This document shows positions 39,445 through 53,458 of a DNA stretch of 64,000 bases, one piece after another (position 1 is the stretch's first letter; each line of letters begins with the position of its first letter). The stretch is from Chrysomallon squamiferum (Eukaryota > Animalia > Mollusca), in contig CM022665.1 in NCBI GenBank assembly GCA_012295275.1, positions 16,864,001 through 16,928,000 on the forward strand, in the 5' to 3' direction. The notes under the pieces were generated by a model. The model saw only the letters and a list, made by a program, of their open reading frames with translations, did no database searches and was not told where the DNA came from. Position numbers and translations under genes: made by a program.

Positions 39445-40872
39445 GTGCGTGTAAATCTGTCTTTACGTATGTGTTGCGATTTTTGTAAGCATTATGTGCA
39501 CGTGAACTTGATGTATTTTGATTATGCTTCATACCGACAGACCATTATCTTTCTAAAGGAGTGTTAGAGTAAAGAATATTTACAAGTATTTCCAGAAATG
39601 AAATTTGGTCCACTGACATATCACTTATCATGCTGTTCTGAAGTGATTCTTACTGTGACATTTTGCTATGACACAGTTTTTAGTTTCAAAGCAGCATAAT
39701 GCTTCTAAGTCATTATTTTCTCTTTATATAGTGCGTTAACAAATTTGCGGTACTTAGACGGAACGCGAATTGATGGGTCACTAGCAAAAGTTCCGTAGTA
39801 AATCGTTAAAATCCGTGTCAAGAAGTCACTCGGTCAACGTACGCGATTTTTAACGAAGATTTTCCGAAGACATTGGCCTCGTCGAATCCCGTTTGTCCAG
39901 CGTAAATTTAATTGGGTCTGTTTAATGCAGCCCTGGAGAATGCGGTATTCGATTTGTGTTTTTTTTTCTTTCTTCTTCTTTTTTTTTTTTTTTTTTTTTT
40001 TTTAAATGTTCATTGCTTCCTTATTCCTCCTTTTTAGTAACTGACCAATTTAAATAATTATAACACAAAACGAGTTTAATTTGTTCCTTTTTTTTTCTTC
40101 TTCTTTTCTTTTCTTTTTTTTTTTTTTTTTTTTTCATTCTTGGTTTGACAAGTAAATTGTTATGTAATTGGAAAAAAAACAAGGGCGAATACATAAATCG
40201 TTATAGGGGAAGGCAGTTTCGGCCACTGATGATTATTAATTTAAAAAAGAATCGATATCAATGATGAGATTAAATAAATGTCCAAAAAAAGAAAAAAAAA
40301 AAAAAGTCCTTAACTAGACACTACAACATAACAGATCGCTGGATCAAACCTTTTCAGTTGTAACTGGTGTCCAGCCATCTCTTTATTACTGTTTTAATTG
40401 TTGTTGTTTATACAAGCATAATAGCTCTTGTTAATACAGTTGTTGTCATTATTGTTGCTGTTGATGCTGCTGCGTTTTTCTGTTTTTGCTGAATTTTATT
40501 TCTTTTTTTTCTATTTTTTTTTTTTTTTTCTTTTCTTTTTTTTTTAATCTTTATTTCTTTTTTATTGTTATTTTCTTTCTTCGGCGTCTTCTTCTTCTTC
40601 TTCTTTTTTTTTTTTTTTTTTTTTATCTTCTTATTGTCGTCAACAAAGCTGTAGACTGAAATTCACTTTTGCAACCAAAATGGGGTAAGCTGAGATAAAT
40701 GAACGAAGGACGTAAATTATGGTGAAGCATTTTTCTATCGATCGATGCCCGGCTTAATTAACATGTGTAGTACATCGTAATGAAAAGTCGCAGATTGCAG
40801 AGTGTTTTAGTGCGAGACTTCTACGTTATTTATCGATCAGACGCATATGTCTGACGTATCTAGTTAATAAAT

Positions 40873-40947
<75 letters not shown>

Positions 40948-42132
40948 GCTATCCTTCTGTCTCACTCTTTTGCTCTCTATCTTTATCTCTTTCTTTTAGT
41001 TCTTTTACTTTCATTCTCTCTCTGATTTCTCTTTGTGTGTGTCTATACATGTCTGATTCTCTCTATCTCCCAGTGTGTCTATTTCCATCTCTGCCTCTCT
41101 CTCTCTTTCCGTCTCTAGTTGTTTCGCTCTTTATCTGTCTCTTTTTGCTCTCCATCTTTGTCTCTTTTTTAATTTATTTTTAACAATGTATTTTAAGTGT
41201 GAATTTAAATTCTATTACAATTACCTCAACTACTACTGTTACTAATACTAATAATAACAGTAAAAATAAAACAAATAAATAAAATAAAACAAAATAAAAT
41301 AAAATAAAATAAATCTTTAGCTGGCTTCATTCAGTTACTGGTCACCAGATGTATTTATTTTAGTTAACTAGAGAAAAAATCTCAGCTGGATAAACCTTTA
41401 CATCAAAATAGAACATTTCCTTTTCTTTTCATCTTGTATATTTTCTTCTTCGTCTTCTTGATATCATCATCACTATTGTTGTTGTTGTTTTTACATTCCT
41501 TATTTTCAAAAAATTTTTTCCCCTTTTTCATCTTTATTTTTCTTTATTAAACATCATCTTCTTTTTTTCCTCCTTTTTTTTTTTTCAAATTTTTTCATTT
41601 TATTTAAAATAAAAAAAAATAAAAAATAAAAAAAAATCCTTCCTTTTCATTTTTTTTCCCTCCCAGTTCTAAATAACTGCAACATGAATGACGGCAGATC
41701 TATTAAAGAAATGTCATCCACGTTCAGAAAAGGGAATTAATTATGAAGAAAACCATCTTAAAGATGGCGATAATTTTGACCACCCGTCTAAGATCCTCCG
41801 CTGATATCGATGTATAGGGACACTGAGTTTTGTCTCCAGTCAGTGTCTCCTACCTGATCTTCACATTTAGTCTTCCAGTAAACTATTAATTATTTAACAC
41901 CGCCCTCAGTCGACTGCCATGCTGTGCTGTATAAAAGTGACTCTTGAGCAAGAAGTGTGCTGTTTTGTTTCACTAATTTAATTTAATTTATTTTAAAAAA
42001 TAATAATAATAATAATTTATTTAATCCTTTTTCTTCTTCTTCTTCTTTGTTACGGATGTTTAATTTCTATTTTCTATTATTTATTTATATATTTAATTTT
42101 AGCTGGTGTTGTGGGATATTGTTGTTTCGTGG

Positions 42133-42173
<41 letters not shown>

Positions 42174-42256
42174 TTTTTATTGATTATTTATTTATTTATT
42201 TTTCGAATAATTTACTTATTTATCCATTTATTTTTGAGACTTTTATTAAAATTCTA

Positions 42257-42301
<45 letters not shown>

Positions 42302-43814
42302 CGTCAACATCATTACTGTCATCGTCATTATCACCATCATAATCATTATCATCACCATCAGAATCATCATAATCGTCATCATTATTATCACGGTCATCAC
42401 CAATACCACCACCACCACCACCATCATTATCATCATCATCTTTATCATTGTTGTGTGATCATTAAAAAATACTTACTGGATTTTAAAATCGACAGGAGCA
42501 AGCAATATTTATGGTTTTGAAATGTTCTGTATATTATATAATATATTTACGTTAGAAAATGATATCTGAATTAAAAACAAACACACAAATAAACAAAGGA
42601 ATAAAAACAAATAAATAAACAAACAAATATATAAATAAAATAAACAAATAAATAAATAAATATAAACATATAAATCAGTCAAAATAAAATATTAATATAA
42701 TAAATAAATAAATAAATAAATAAAATTATCGGTATAAAGAGGTCTCAGTAACTTAGTGTTCCTTTAGTGGAATGTGGTCAAAAAAAAAAAACGTATCGAC
42801 TGTTACAACAAGCGCACAACTAGTAATTATCAATAATTACATTTTTCTTTTTAATCAGAAATTAAAAAATTATATTGAATGTTTATAGATGTAGATAGAC
42901 GGGATGGTTGTGTCTATCAATATGTTTCTTACTGGTAGAGCTTATGTATGTAAGTATGTGTATATATAGGTATGTATGTAATGTAAGCATGTATATACAC
43001 ACGTTACTGAATCATCATCTAACAGACATCAAACATTTTGTAAGTCTACATTCTTCCATTAGCACCTAAAGATCTTTTATAATGAAGACAGGAAATTCTC
43101 ATATATCCAACATCCAAATGCGAAACAACACTGAGCGTTCTAACGTGTAGAAACCTTTCCAGACAGAGGCAGAAGAAAAATAAAAACACTAATAAAAAAT
43201 TGAAAATAAAAGCACTGAGGAGATAGATGGGATCTGAAAAAAAAAAAAAAAAAAAAACAAAAAAAACAAAAACAAAAAACACTAATAAAATGGAGAAAAT
43301 AAAATCTCAGACTTTGGTTTATACTAAAATATTTATTAATATTATTTTTATAAAAACAACAGCAACAACAATAACAGTTTTATGAAACAGAATAAATAAA
43401 ATGTTTATGTGCTCTCATTTTATCACGTATGAATGAAACAAATCGATATTTAACAGAAAAAGATATATACGGTAATACATAGTTTACACTACGTATGTTA
43501 TGTAATACTTCATGTTATCTGTAACAGTGTATTTTTGTTACTGTGTCACATCATTATACTGTCCAAAGAAAACACCCATACAATTATTTCAACGTTGTCT
43601 TAATCACTGTTCCTAAATCAACAACAAAATCTTATTGCTGTGGTTGTAAATGTCTTTGTTCAGTTTAACTCACAAATTTCGAACTTCTTAGAATTCATTC
43701 CAAACTTGTCAACGCCAAACACCGGAAACGTCTGCATTTCATCTATGAGATGACCTGTGACGTGATCAGTACCAAGAACCAGTCGAAAGTTGCTTGTTCC
43801 AGAAACACATACTC

Positions 43815-44730
43815 TCATGAACCGTAAAATACGGGAAATCGGCATGTTAGAATTTGACGGAAAATTCCTTGTTTCCTCTTCTTGTATTTCAAAGCATAAT
43901 AAACGACGTGTTCAAATAATTCTTGCAATCCTTCGCCCTTTCTGGCGGAGCACTCCAAATAACACTCCGCGCCAATCGACAGAGCTAGTTCTTCTCCTTC
44001 CGCTGTTGTAACTTTTTCGCGTCTGGCAGAAAAGCTTTTGGTGGCTTCTACATCGTTTTCGTTGCCTCTAAGGTCTGTCTGAGTGCCAACGAGAATAACT
44101 GGTCGTTTCTTCCACGATTTAATGTGTCTTTTCACTTCTGGAATCCATAGGTCAGGAATGCTGGCGAACGAATCGCGATCACACACAGAGAAACAGAGAA
44201 TTAAAACTTCACATTCTTTATAAATGAAGGCGCGGACCCCTTCGAAATCACTCTGAAATCAAATTAAATCTGTTATAATCATCATCATTAATATTATTAT
44301 TATTATCATTATAATTAGTGATAGTAGAGGTGGTTGTAGTGGTGGCAGTAGTGGTAATAGTAGTAGTTGTAGTTGTTCTACTAACGCTACTAGTTGTTGT
44401 TGCTTTCCCATGGTTTACTCTTTATCGTGTGTGTGTGTGTGTGCTATTCAAATGAGGATATAGTCGGGATCTTTTTAATTATTATTAATTTTTTTAATTT
44501 CTTTTAAAAACGAAAACAGTATTTATACTGTTAAAGTTAATAGTTAGCAAAGAATAGTCATTATGGTAAACAAAAAATGTCACTTAAAGATTAAAAAACA
44601 TCTTTAGACTATGTTAAGAACGCCTCAAGTATATTGTAACGAGAATTACTTAAGATTAGAATAAATGAATGTGCGGACAGAAACACACACACATACACAT
44701 ATAAATTCAGACATATATACACATATGCAT

Positions 44731-44763
<33 letters not shown>

Positions 44764-47370
44764 TACTGACATATAAACATATGTACATATTAAGAAAAGA
44801 ATTAAGAGAAGAAACAAAAAGATAATATGTATCTCCCCTGACCTGTCCGGCTGTGTCAAACAAGCTGACCATGAAGTCGTGACCTCCGACTTTAATATGA
44901 ACTGAAATGAACAAGAGAATGTTTTAAACATAATGTTAAATATTGTCAGACATTGATTTTGTTTACAATGTTGTCTACAAGTATGCTGATTGCAAATATA
45001 TAGTAGAGAATTCTAAATGAATGCTTGTGTCAAATGTTTTAATACGAACAGAATGAATAATTTTGTACAAGCCATTCTAATCGTTTTGTTTGAATTAAAT
45101 GTGTTTGGTCTTGATCAGGTGTACTGAAATACGTCTTCTTTACCTGTACATATTTTAGCTGCTTCTTTAATGAATCTTTGGTGATGTTAATGGCTACACA
45201 CACGCACAGTATTATTTTTGATTTCCATCAGACTGTATGTGGCGGGTTTTGAAATGTATTTTGTAATGGGTTTTAGTAATTACATATTACCACTAAGGCC
45301 CCTAAGGCTGGGGTAATCACACGTAAAGTGTAACTTTGTGTTTGAATGTCTCGAATATTAACCTGTACATTATTCTCTAACGAATCATTCTATCAGCAAA
45401 TATCTTATGTAAGTATGTCTGCTGATGTAAGCCGGAGAGCGAAAACAAATTAAAACCAAGTTTATAATTAATTATCTCTCCAAGAGCGTTCTTGACTAAA
45501 AACAAACATATAGAACATGTATCACCTATCATCAAACAACCATGTTTTCCAATGATTTTTAATTATTATTATTATTATTGCTATTATAATTTTTTTTTTA
45601 AATTGTTATTATATATATATATGTGCGTTTATATATATATATATATATATTTATATTCACACACACACACACACGCACAGACAAATAAACGTTTCTTCTG
45701 ATACGAGAAAAGTATTCTAATACAGATAAAAATATTTTAATGTTCGATGAATGATTTCCAGTGAATACGAACAACAAATTTCCAATATTTAGGTGACAAA
45801 AGTAGTTATGATAGACATAGACTGATTTGTCAAACTGATAATAATAAATAGGCTTGTATACTGATATATAAAAAAAAAAAAAAAAAATAATAATCATAAA
45901 TAAATAATAAATAAAATACCCCCTAAAAAAAAAGAATAATAATAATAATAATAATAAATATATAAACAAATAAATAATAAAATAATAAAATAATATATAT
46001 ATATATATATATAATAAAAACAAAATATACTTTATTTAAAAAATAGTAATTGCTCTGATGCTATTATGCACACTGAATTTATCATAATCATAATAATAAT
46101 ATCGAATATATTGTTATTGATCTTCTTAATTCATTTATTTATTTATTTTCCTTTTTATTTTGTGATTACCTCAGAAACCTTATAATGTTATTGCCAAAGG
46201 TCCTTACAAGTAAACAGAAATAAATTTAATTACTACAGTTTCTAAAGGTTTCCGTCATTAAGTGAAATGAACATGTAAATACCTTGTAAGTATTAAACTG
46301 AATACATTTTTACATGAATTGCATACGCACATATACATACACACACACAAACATACACATACACGTATACACAGAGACACGGACACTTATAAATATGTAC
46401 ACACGCATACATACAAAGTGAGTAAAATCAATGGGAAAAAAAGAGAACTCTAAATGGAAAAACTCAAAACAAAACAAAAATTTAAATATTGTTCTTAGAA
46501 TTTTGTCATATTACTGCGGTTTTTTATTACTTATTTTGTATAATATGTTTTTCTTTATTATATAGAACGTCCAAAACGTAAAGTAAAAAAAAAAAAATAT
46601 ATATATTTAAAACGAAGTTTATGTGAAAACGAACTTCAAATTTAGAAACATAATGCTCTATACGTCATTTTGACAATGTCAGATCATTTTTCTAATTTAT
46701 TCACATATACAAATTCACTGTTTTTATACAAGTAAAATTCCGAAATTTTCTTAATTGATTGATTTCCATATACACACAAGCAGGGTCAGCATTATAGTCC
46801 CGCGGGCAAAGCAATACACTGGGACCCTGACACACGTAACGACAAACAATATAAAAAACAACCCACAGTATACATGGTTTGCATGGGTCCATAGACCCAT
46901 GAGTCCCCAGCACAACTGCTTAGTGTGTCTATACCTTAAGACGGCCCTGTTTATAAGTGATAAACCTGTATCTGCACCAACTTCTAACGCAAAATTAACA
47001 AAAGAAAGAAAGAGAAAACTGTTTCATGCATTCATTCATTTAAGAATAATTATAAATAAATAATAAAGATAGCAGTAGTTATAGTTCTGTGCCCGACAGT
47101 AGTGTTAAATAGATGTATACGTAATGATAATAGTTCGGTGCAAGTATTACAAAAACTCGTATAAAATAGTTTCAAAAATTCGTGAATAATATTGTATCAC
47201 ATACCAGCGTGATTTTCAAAAACAGTTTTCTCGTAATTTGCTGTGAAGTCCTCTGTAAAACCAAGAGTAAGCGATGTCTTGCCAACCATTCCGTCTCCAA
47301 GAACCGCACAGTGCACACACTTTTCTTCCAGTTTCATTTTCTTGGTTACCTTGCTACGAAATTTCTCCAT
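43815..47370 (-). CDS. Rho-family small GTPase, Cdc42/RhoQ-like, atypical; 3 exons, 220 aa
   Basis: Exons 47370-47205 (MEKFRSK..CAVLGDGMVGKT..YEKTVFENHA), 44901-44843 (VHIKVGGHDFMVSLFDTAGQ) and 44252-43815 (SDFEGVRAFIY..ILVGTQTDLR..YLECSAR..). 663 nt in frame; G1-G5 boxes and a Rho insert are present. Confidence 0.93.
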
Positions 47371-47820
47371 TATGCCTGACTTAAATTTTGCAAGGTCTTA
47401 TAATGCAATCAATGCGACCAATGAGAAAGAGCGACATTAACCTGTCTAACAGAGAGAACGTTCGGGAAATGGTTTAATGCGGCAAGGCAATAATTTCATA
47501 TGAGTATGCCCTAAACGAAAATGGTTTTGCCCCATACTAAATGGGATAAGAAGAATGAGCGTTGATTAAGCAGGCATCGAGTGCCAGTCTATTATCGACT
47601 GGTCACGTTAACAAGTTAATGTTTCCTTAATGATTTTCCCTGCAGGGCGTGTGACGGTTTCTAAAGCGTTCTAACCGACTCGTCCAACGTAACTAGATGG
47701 TGCTTTGACCGCTCCGTAATGTTGGTAGAGAGAGAGTTTAATGTGGGAAAAAAAATTAAGAGACAATATTAAATGCGTATCGTTTTATGGCCGAATCGAT
47801 GGCTAAAATTGAGAGAGAGA

Positions 47821-47927
<107 letters not shown>

Positions 47928-48953
47928 ATATAGATAAATACAAATTGAAATAAATGTAATAAAATAATTATATTTATCAAACTGGCATGCATTGTTTCTC
48001 TTGTTTGTCTTTTCTGGTTTTTTTGTTTTCTTTCTTTCTTTCTTTCTTTCTTTTTTTGTTTGTTTGTTGTTGTTTTTTTAATTGTTATATATATATATAT
48101 AATTATTAGATCGAATAATTAGCAATGCATCTGCCACGCGCCCGAGTGATCATAAAACACTTTTCTTTGGTTATGCAGTATGCAGTATACATCTATGTGA
48201 AGGCCTGTATAGGTTATGCCTACCTAAAGGACCACAGAAATTCAACGACTTGGCCCTGTGTATGTATGAATGTATATCTATACTTAATTAGATAAAACGC
48301 AGAAAGTTTCGTATTAAATACTTTCATAACATATACAATACCACTAAACAAAACATTAGCTGTTTTAGCTAATGTCTGGTACAGATCAAATTATTTTTGA
48401 GTCATTGTCCAGTTAACATGTATAATTCCAAACCCAAGACTAAATTATTTTAATACACCAGCAACTGAACTGGTAAACACGAAGTGGAATGTCGACCCTA
48501 ACTTGAAACAGAAAATAAAAGGAAAATCAACATTAATAATTACTTGTTTATTATTTTTCTGGAACTTAAATCTAAATGATAGTCAATATTCACATAGAAT
48601 TTGGCAGAATATATTATGCGTGTTTGTAACTAATTTCTACTTGTTTAATGCCATTTTGATTATTGTGTAACTAATGCGTACGTCATAATGAATTATGACG
48701 TCATTATTTAATTTTTCTTATCATTTGTATAGATAAACAACCAACAGAGAGATTTAAGGTTGTAAACAGATCACAGAATATTATGTTCGAAGGTCCTGTA
48801 CGATTTTAGAATGTAACTCAACTGCATGAAAACAAGAATGAAATTCAGTAACTCAAAATATTCACATCGAGTACTGAAGAAGCATGTAAAAAGGTCGGTT
48901 CATTTTAGTCGCACGACGAGCTGTTCACTGTTTCAAAAGAACGATCCATTTCT

Positions 48954-49523
48954 ATGAAAGGCAGAAAGAAAGGCAGTTCAATATCGAGGAGTTTAGAGAT
49001 AGCGTCTTCAATTACATCTCATGACTGCGATGCTGAATCGCAGAATGGAAAAAGTAAATCAGGACCGTGTAAATGTTTGATCATCTGTTGTTTTGCACCC
49101 AAACTCCAAAATCGTGAAAAACTTCAACAACTTCCGCAACATGAGCAACATGAGCAAGAAGAACAACTTGAACAACTTGAACAACTTCAGCCATGTGAAA
49201 CGTTATCAACAACTGACAGAGAGTTTGTTAGCACTGATACATTTTCAGGCATAGAAGCGTTAAAATCTACGTTAAGTGAAGAACTGTCGGGTTCTCACTC
49301 GCCCTCCTCCGATCGCCCTAGGGCATCACTGCTGACAGTTGAGGACACGCCGTCGCATTCTCGATTGTCAAATAACAGCAGATTATCTGTGGATGCTGTA
49401 TGGACCGATTCTTTTATACTGCAGAAATCCGAATGGAAGCTGGATTTGCAAACGATTCCAGATATTGACGAGAGTATAATGGAATGCATTTCACCTTGCG
49501 ATACTGTTGAAGAAACAATATAA
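48954..49523 (+). CDS. Uncharacterised Ser/Glu/Gln-rich ORF, 189 aa, possibly a terminal exon or decayed gene
   Basis: Long non-repeat ORF in an AT-rich background; AATAAA at 49529 right after the stop; no recognisable domain. Confidence 0.45.
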   Translation: MKGRKKGSSISRSLEIASSITSHDCDAESQNGKSKSGPCKCLIICCFAPKLQNREKLQQLPQHEQHEQEEQLEQLEQLQPCETLSTTDREFVSTDTFSGIEALKSTLSEELSGSHSPSSDRPRASLLTVEDTPSHSRLSNNSRLSVDAVWTDSFILQKSEWKLDLQTIPDIDESIMECISPCDTVEETI

Positions 49524-49705
49524 GTCCCAATAAACAGTTGTGTTACACAAACAATGGATTATTTTACAAACTGCCTGTTCACCATAGTTTTTCTTTGTGT
49601 TTCTTGCTTTGAGTGTTATTTTTCTTTTTTGTTGTTACTTGTATATAAATGTTTGCTTGTTTTGAATAAAAGTATTTCTAAATAAAAAAGTAATTAAATA
49701 TATAT

Positions 49706-49743
<38 letters not shown>

Positions 49744-49891
49744 TGTGTGTATATATATATATTCAAACGTTTAATTGCTATAAAAAACACACAAATAACC
49801 ATTTCTGCTACGGGATATTTCATGTGTGCATACAAATATACAATGACTAATCTGTAAACGGTTTAGCCATCATAGACTAACGAATTGCTAC

Positions 49892-49995
49892 GAAGGGTTC
49901 GAGTGTTATATATTAATTGTTATGAAGGGTTAGGGTGTTACATATTAATTGTTATGAAGGGTTAGGGTGTTTATGTACTAATTGTTAGGAAATGT
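49892..49995. repeat. 32-bp tandem repeat x3 containing GGGTTAGGG
   Basis: GAAGGGTTAGGGTGTTACATATTAATTGTTAT-like units at 49892, 49924 and 49956. Confidence 0.8.
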
Positions 49996-51418
49996 TCGGG
50001 CATCATGTACTAGAAAACATGGGATACGCATACTCACTGACAGTTATTTAAGCCTGTAAACTGTCAAAATATTTTGAAGCCTTATTATTACAGTCAGAGT
50101 TCCTGTGTTTAAGAACTGAAGTACGCCTGCAGCTGTTCGAATAACATTAATTATGAAACATGCAGTGTTTAGCAAAATTCATACTTTAAAATACAAACGC
50201 AAGACCGGGTTTTGATTTTCTTGGCCCCGAGAGTAATTCGATTCTTAAAGATGCTTTATATAGGTATATATAAACCTATACAAAGATGTACACTACATAT
50301 TGCATAACCAAAGTAGCATTCTTTAACAGGAGACAGAAACGTGGCAAAAGGATTGTGTTCGACCTGAAACGTGAAAAAACAGCAATCTCTGGTTAGGCTA
50401 TTAATTCGGTAGAACAGATTATATTGTCCATCTCTGTTTGCCATAGCTACTTAGAGAATAGATATTCTACAATATAATATTAATACCAGTCCATACAAAA
50501 ATCAACAGAAAAATCTTCAAACGATCCAGTCAGCTAAAAATGGCAATATTCAGCACTATCACTCTAAAAAGCTTCGGTCAACTCTTTGCTTACTCGTTGA
50601 AAAAACAATCAGGTTTATACGTTTTCTTTTCAGTTCCTGCAGTTTTCTTTTTTGACGCTAACATTTTTGTTACTTATCAACGACATCAGTATGCAGACGT
50701 CATGGCGTTAACCACTAGTAGCACGTGTATTTTTCACTACGACATTCCAAAAGACAATATCAAACAAACAGAAACGTAAAAGAGAAACTAAGCAGGCCAG
50801 TTTGATAAATATATTTTATTATATTTATTTATTTATTTATCTATTTATATAACAAAAATTTCAATATCAGTATTGGTCCTAGGCGTCTCTGCCCCTGGGC
50901 TGCAGCCATTGTTCACTAAGATAAAACGGCCTTGGACACACGTAGCTTATTCGTGACGTAACATACAGAATATCATCAATTTTCCTGATGATGCGCTAAA
51001 AACTGTGGCAATGAAGCAGTGACGCCATCAAGTGACTTTGTTAAGTCGATTTAGTTTAATAATAAAAACACAGTGAATATAACCTGCTCTTTCCACTAAT
51101 CATGACGTCATATCAGTCACGGACAGGGCCTCGAAGAGAAATTTTGCAAGGCAGTATGCTGCAAAATACAAGGGCCTTTTGGGGCCCCGAGGCCGGCAGC
51201 GATTTTTCTCAAAATTGAGGATTTGATGTCCAGTAAGTCTACATGTAATCTCTCATAAATGCTTTATTTTCATGATGAGATACAACATAATGTAACAAAC
51301 AGATTCAATTAATGAATGGCTGTTGTCGGGCCCTGCTTAGGTCTTGGGCTCCGGAACAAGGTTCCAGCTGGACTCCCCCCACCCCTCAGGTCCTGGACAT
51401 GGACTGATTAAACTTAAT

Positions 51419-51810
51419 ACTGTTGACCCTGGATTTCACGGACTACGGTTTTCCGGACCAGGTCTGGAGAAATCACAAAATGCGAACGTACTGCCATTTT
51501 CAACTTGTTATTCTATGTTCCACTACATGATTACAGCAACCCTCGCTCAGTCAACTTTTTATCACGGTAACAGTAAGTTTTAGTTGCATCCACAACCATC
51601 CTAACCTAAAAGGCTAGCCTACATTTTTCTACTGTACATATATTATGTTTTATTATTTTATATATATTGTTTGTTTTTTTTTTTTTTTTTTTGTATTATA
51701 TGTGTATTAAAGTTTAATGTTTCGGCAATTTTACATTCACGATTTCCTAGACTTTTGCATTTTCCGGACTGGTGCTCCCCTTACTAGTCGTGAAATCGAG
51801 GTATTACGTT
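51419..51810. mobile_element. Degenerate MITE, Tigger/pogo-like termini
   Basis: Left CTGTTGACCCTGGATTTCACGGACT vs right AGTCGTGAAATCGAGGTATTAC (imperfect inverted match); internal TTTTCCGGAC repeated. Confidence 0.4.
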
Positions 51811-52229
51811 TTATTTTCTGTGGAACAGTGGTTCCACACCTGTAGTCGGCGGATCCCTTGAGGTCCATGTTATTACCAGGTGTCTGTGAACCAAGTTAAA
51901 AAAAAAAAAAAAAAAGTAAAAAGTATACATATATACATAAAAGCTGCTGTGTAAAAAAAAGGTATTATTATTCATGATAAAGGCTGATAAAGATAAACTT
52001 TGAAAATTTCATATACATGTATCTTTAATTGCACATTAGGCTACATGTATCTCTAAAATGCGAGATGAAATTAGGAAAATGAACTTGTTGGGTGAGGTAA
52101 CCCATACAGAAAGTACTGAGCCACACATCACATTCTAATAGGCCATAATACTGTTCATCAACAGCTGTTATGACATTTCTGAACAATACTGACAGTGCTC
52201 GCTCTGTCATGACTCACCAGGCAAGTGTA

Positions 52230-52870
52230 GCGCCGGGCTCCTTACCTCACGCGAGTCCATCTTCAGCTACTAGAAGATCTTTTCGACCATCAATGGAAAA
52301 AGCTACTGGTAAGACAAAAACAAAAACAAACCCCGTCCTATCAACAAAATGCACTGAAATGCTGAGGGAGTTTTAAGCAAGAAGACAGAGCTTCAGTACT
52401 TTATGCATAAAACCAGATCTGTTGCATCCAAGAATTCCATCTGAAGCTTTTTTTCAGAAGTCCTACATCCTATCAGTAGTGTCAACCACCTTGTGTTGCA
52501 GTGGATCTGAGCTCACTGTGGTATACCTAGATGCAGGTAATGATTAGGATGGTAAGTGGGTGACATATGAAGAGATGAACTCCCATATTAAAACTCTCTA
52601 TCGACCTCACAAACTGATGACTGCTATCCTGTCATGAACAAGTCATCATTTTCCAGTTAAGAACTGGACACAACAGGTTCAACCAGCATTTGCATAAGAG
52701 GTTCTTCTTCCACATGCTCGTGTGGAAAAGCGGAACAGACAACTGAACATGTCATCCAAAACTGAATAAACTTACAACAGCTGAGGGAGACAATCCGTGT
52801 AACTGCAAGAACTGTACAGCACAAGAAGTGATCTATCGAGAACAGCATCATTCATAGTCACTGCTGGCAT
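52230..52870 (+). mobile_element. Decayed 3' fragment of an RNase H-containing non-LTR retrotransposon (I-group-like LINE)
   Basis: HLVLQWI*AHCGIP (RNase H motif, ~52487-52528); HEQVIIFQLRTGHNRFNQHLHK and STCSCGKAEQTTEHVIQN (C-terminal CCHC knuckle, ~52633-52765); broken by stops and frameshifts. Confidence 0.8.
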
Positions 52871-53425
52871 TGTTGGTGTAGTCAGAAACCAAATAATAAT
52901 AATAATAAAAATGGTTTTGTTATTACATTTTAATAAAATTGGTTTCATAAGTAGATAGACCATTCAAAACCTGAGTTTGCAGGGAAATTCATTTAAGTCA
53001 AAATTATTATTATTATTTTTTAAAATTTTTATAAATGAAAGTGTTTAACAAACCTTTCAAACCTAATTGTATAAACCATATCAGTCATAATTTATTAAGA
53101 AAATCTTTATTGTAAACTACATCAAGTGTATCATTATTAAAGCATGTATTTTGATTACTGGTATATTTAACTTTGCTAACATAAAGTTTGAAAGTAGACA
53201 GGGCGTTCTGTACTAAAATGTATGAAAACTATTTTTATAGCATATGAAGTATGATTCAGTTTCACGATACCAGTGAACATTATCTAATAAAGCATACATA
53301 TTACAAATATTTTCAAAAGGCTTAATGTGACAAATAGGGTCTTGATTCATACAGAAATAAAAATCAGTCTACAAATATGTTTTGATTTAATGTACAACAA
53401 TGATAATGAATATTTGTCAGCTTCA

Positions 53426-53458
<33 letters not shown>

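Noticed and set aside
42047-42520. His/Tyr-rich ORF resembling a metal-binding protein
   Set aside because: Derived from (CAT)/(TAT)/poly-T simple repeats.
49892-49995. Interstitial telomere
   Set aside because: Only isolated GGGTTAGGG within a 32-bp unit; no (TTAGGG)n array.
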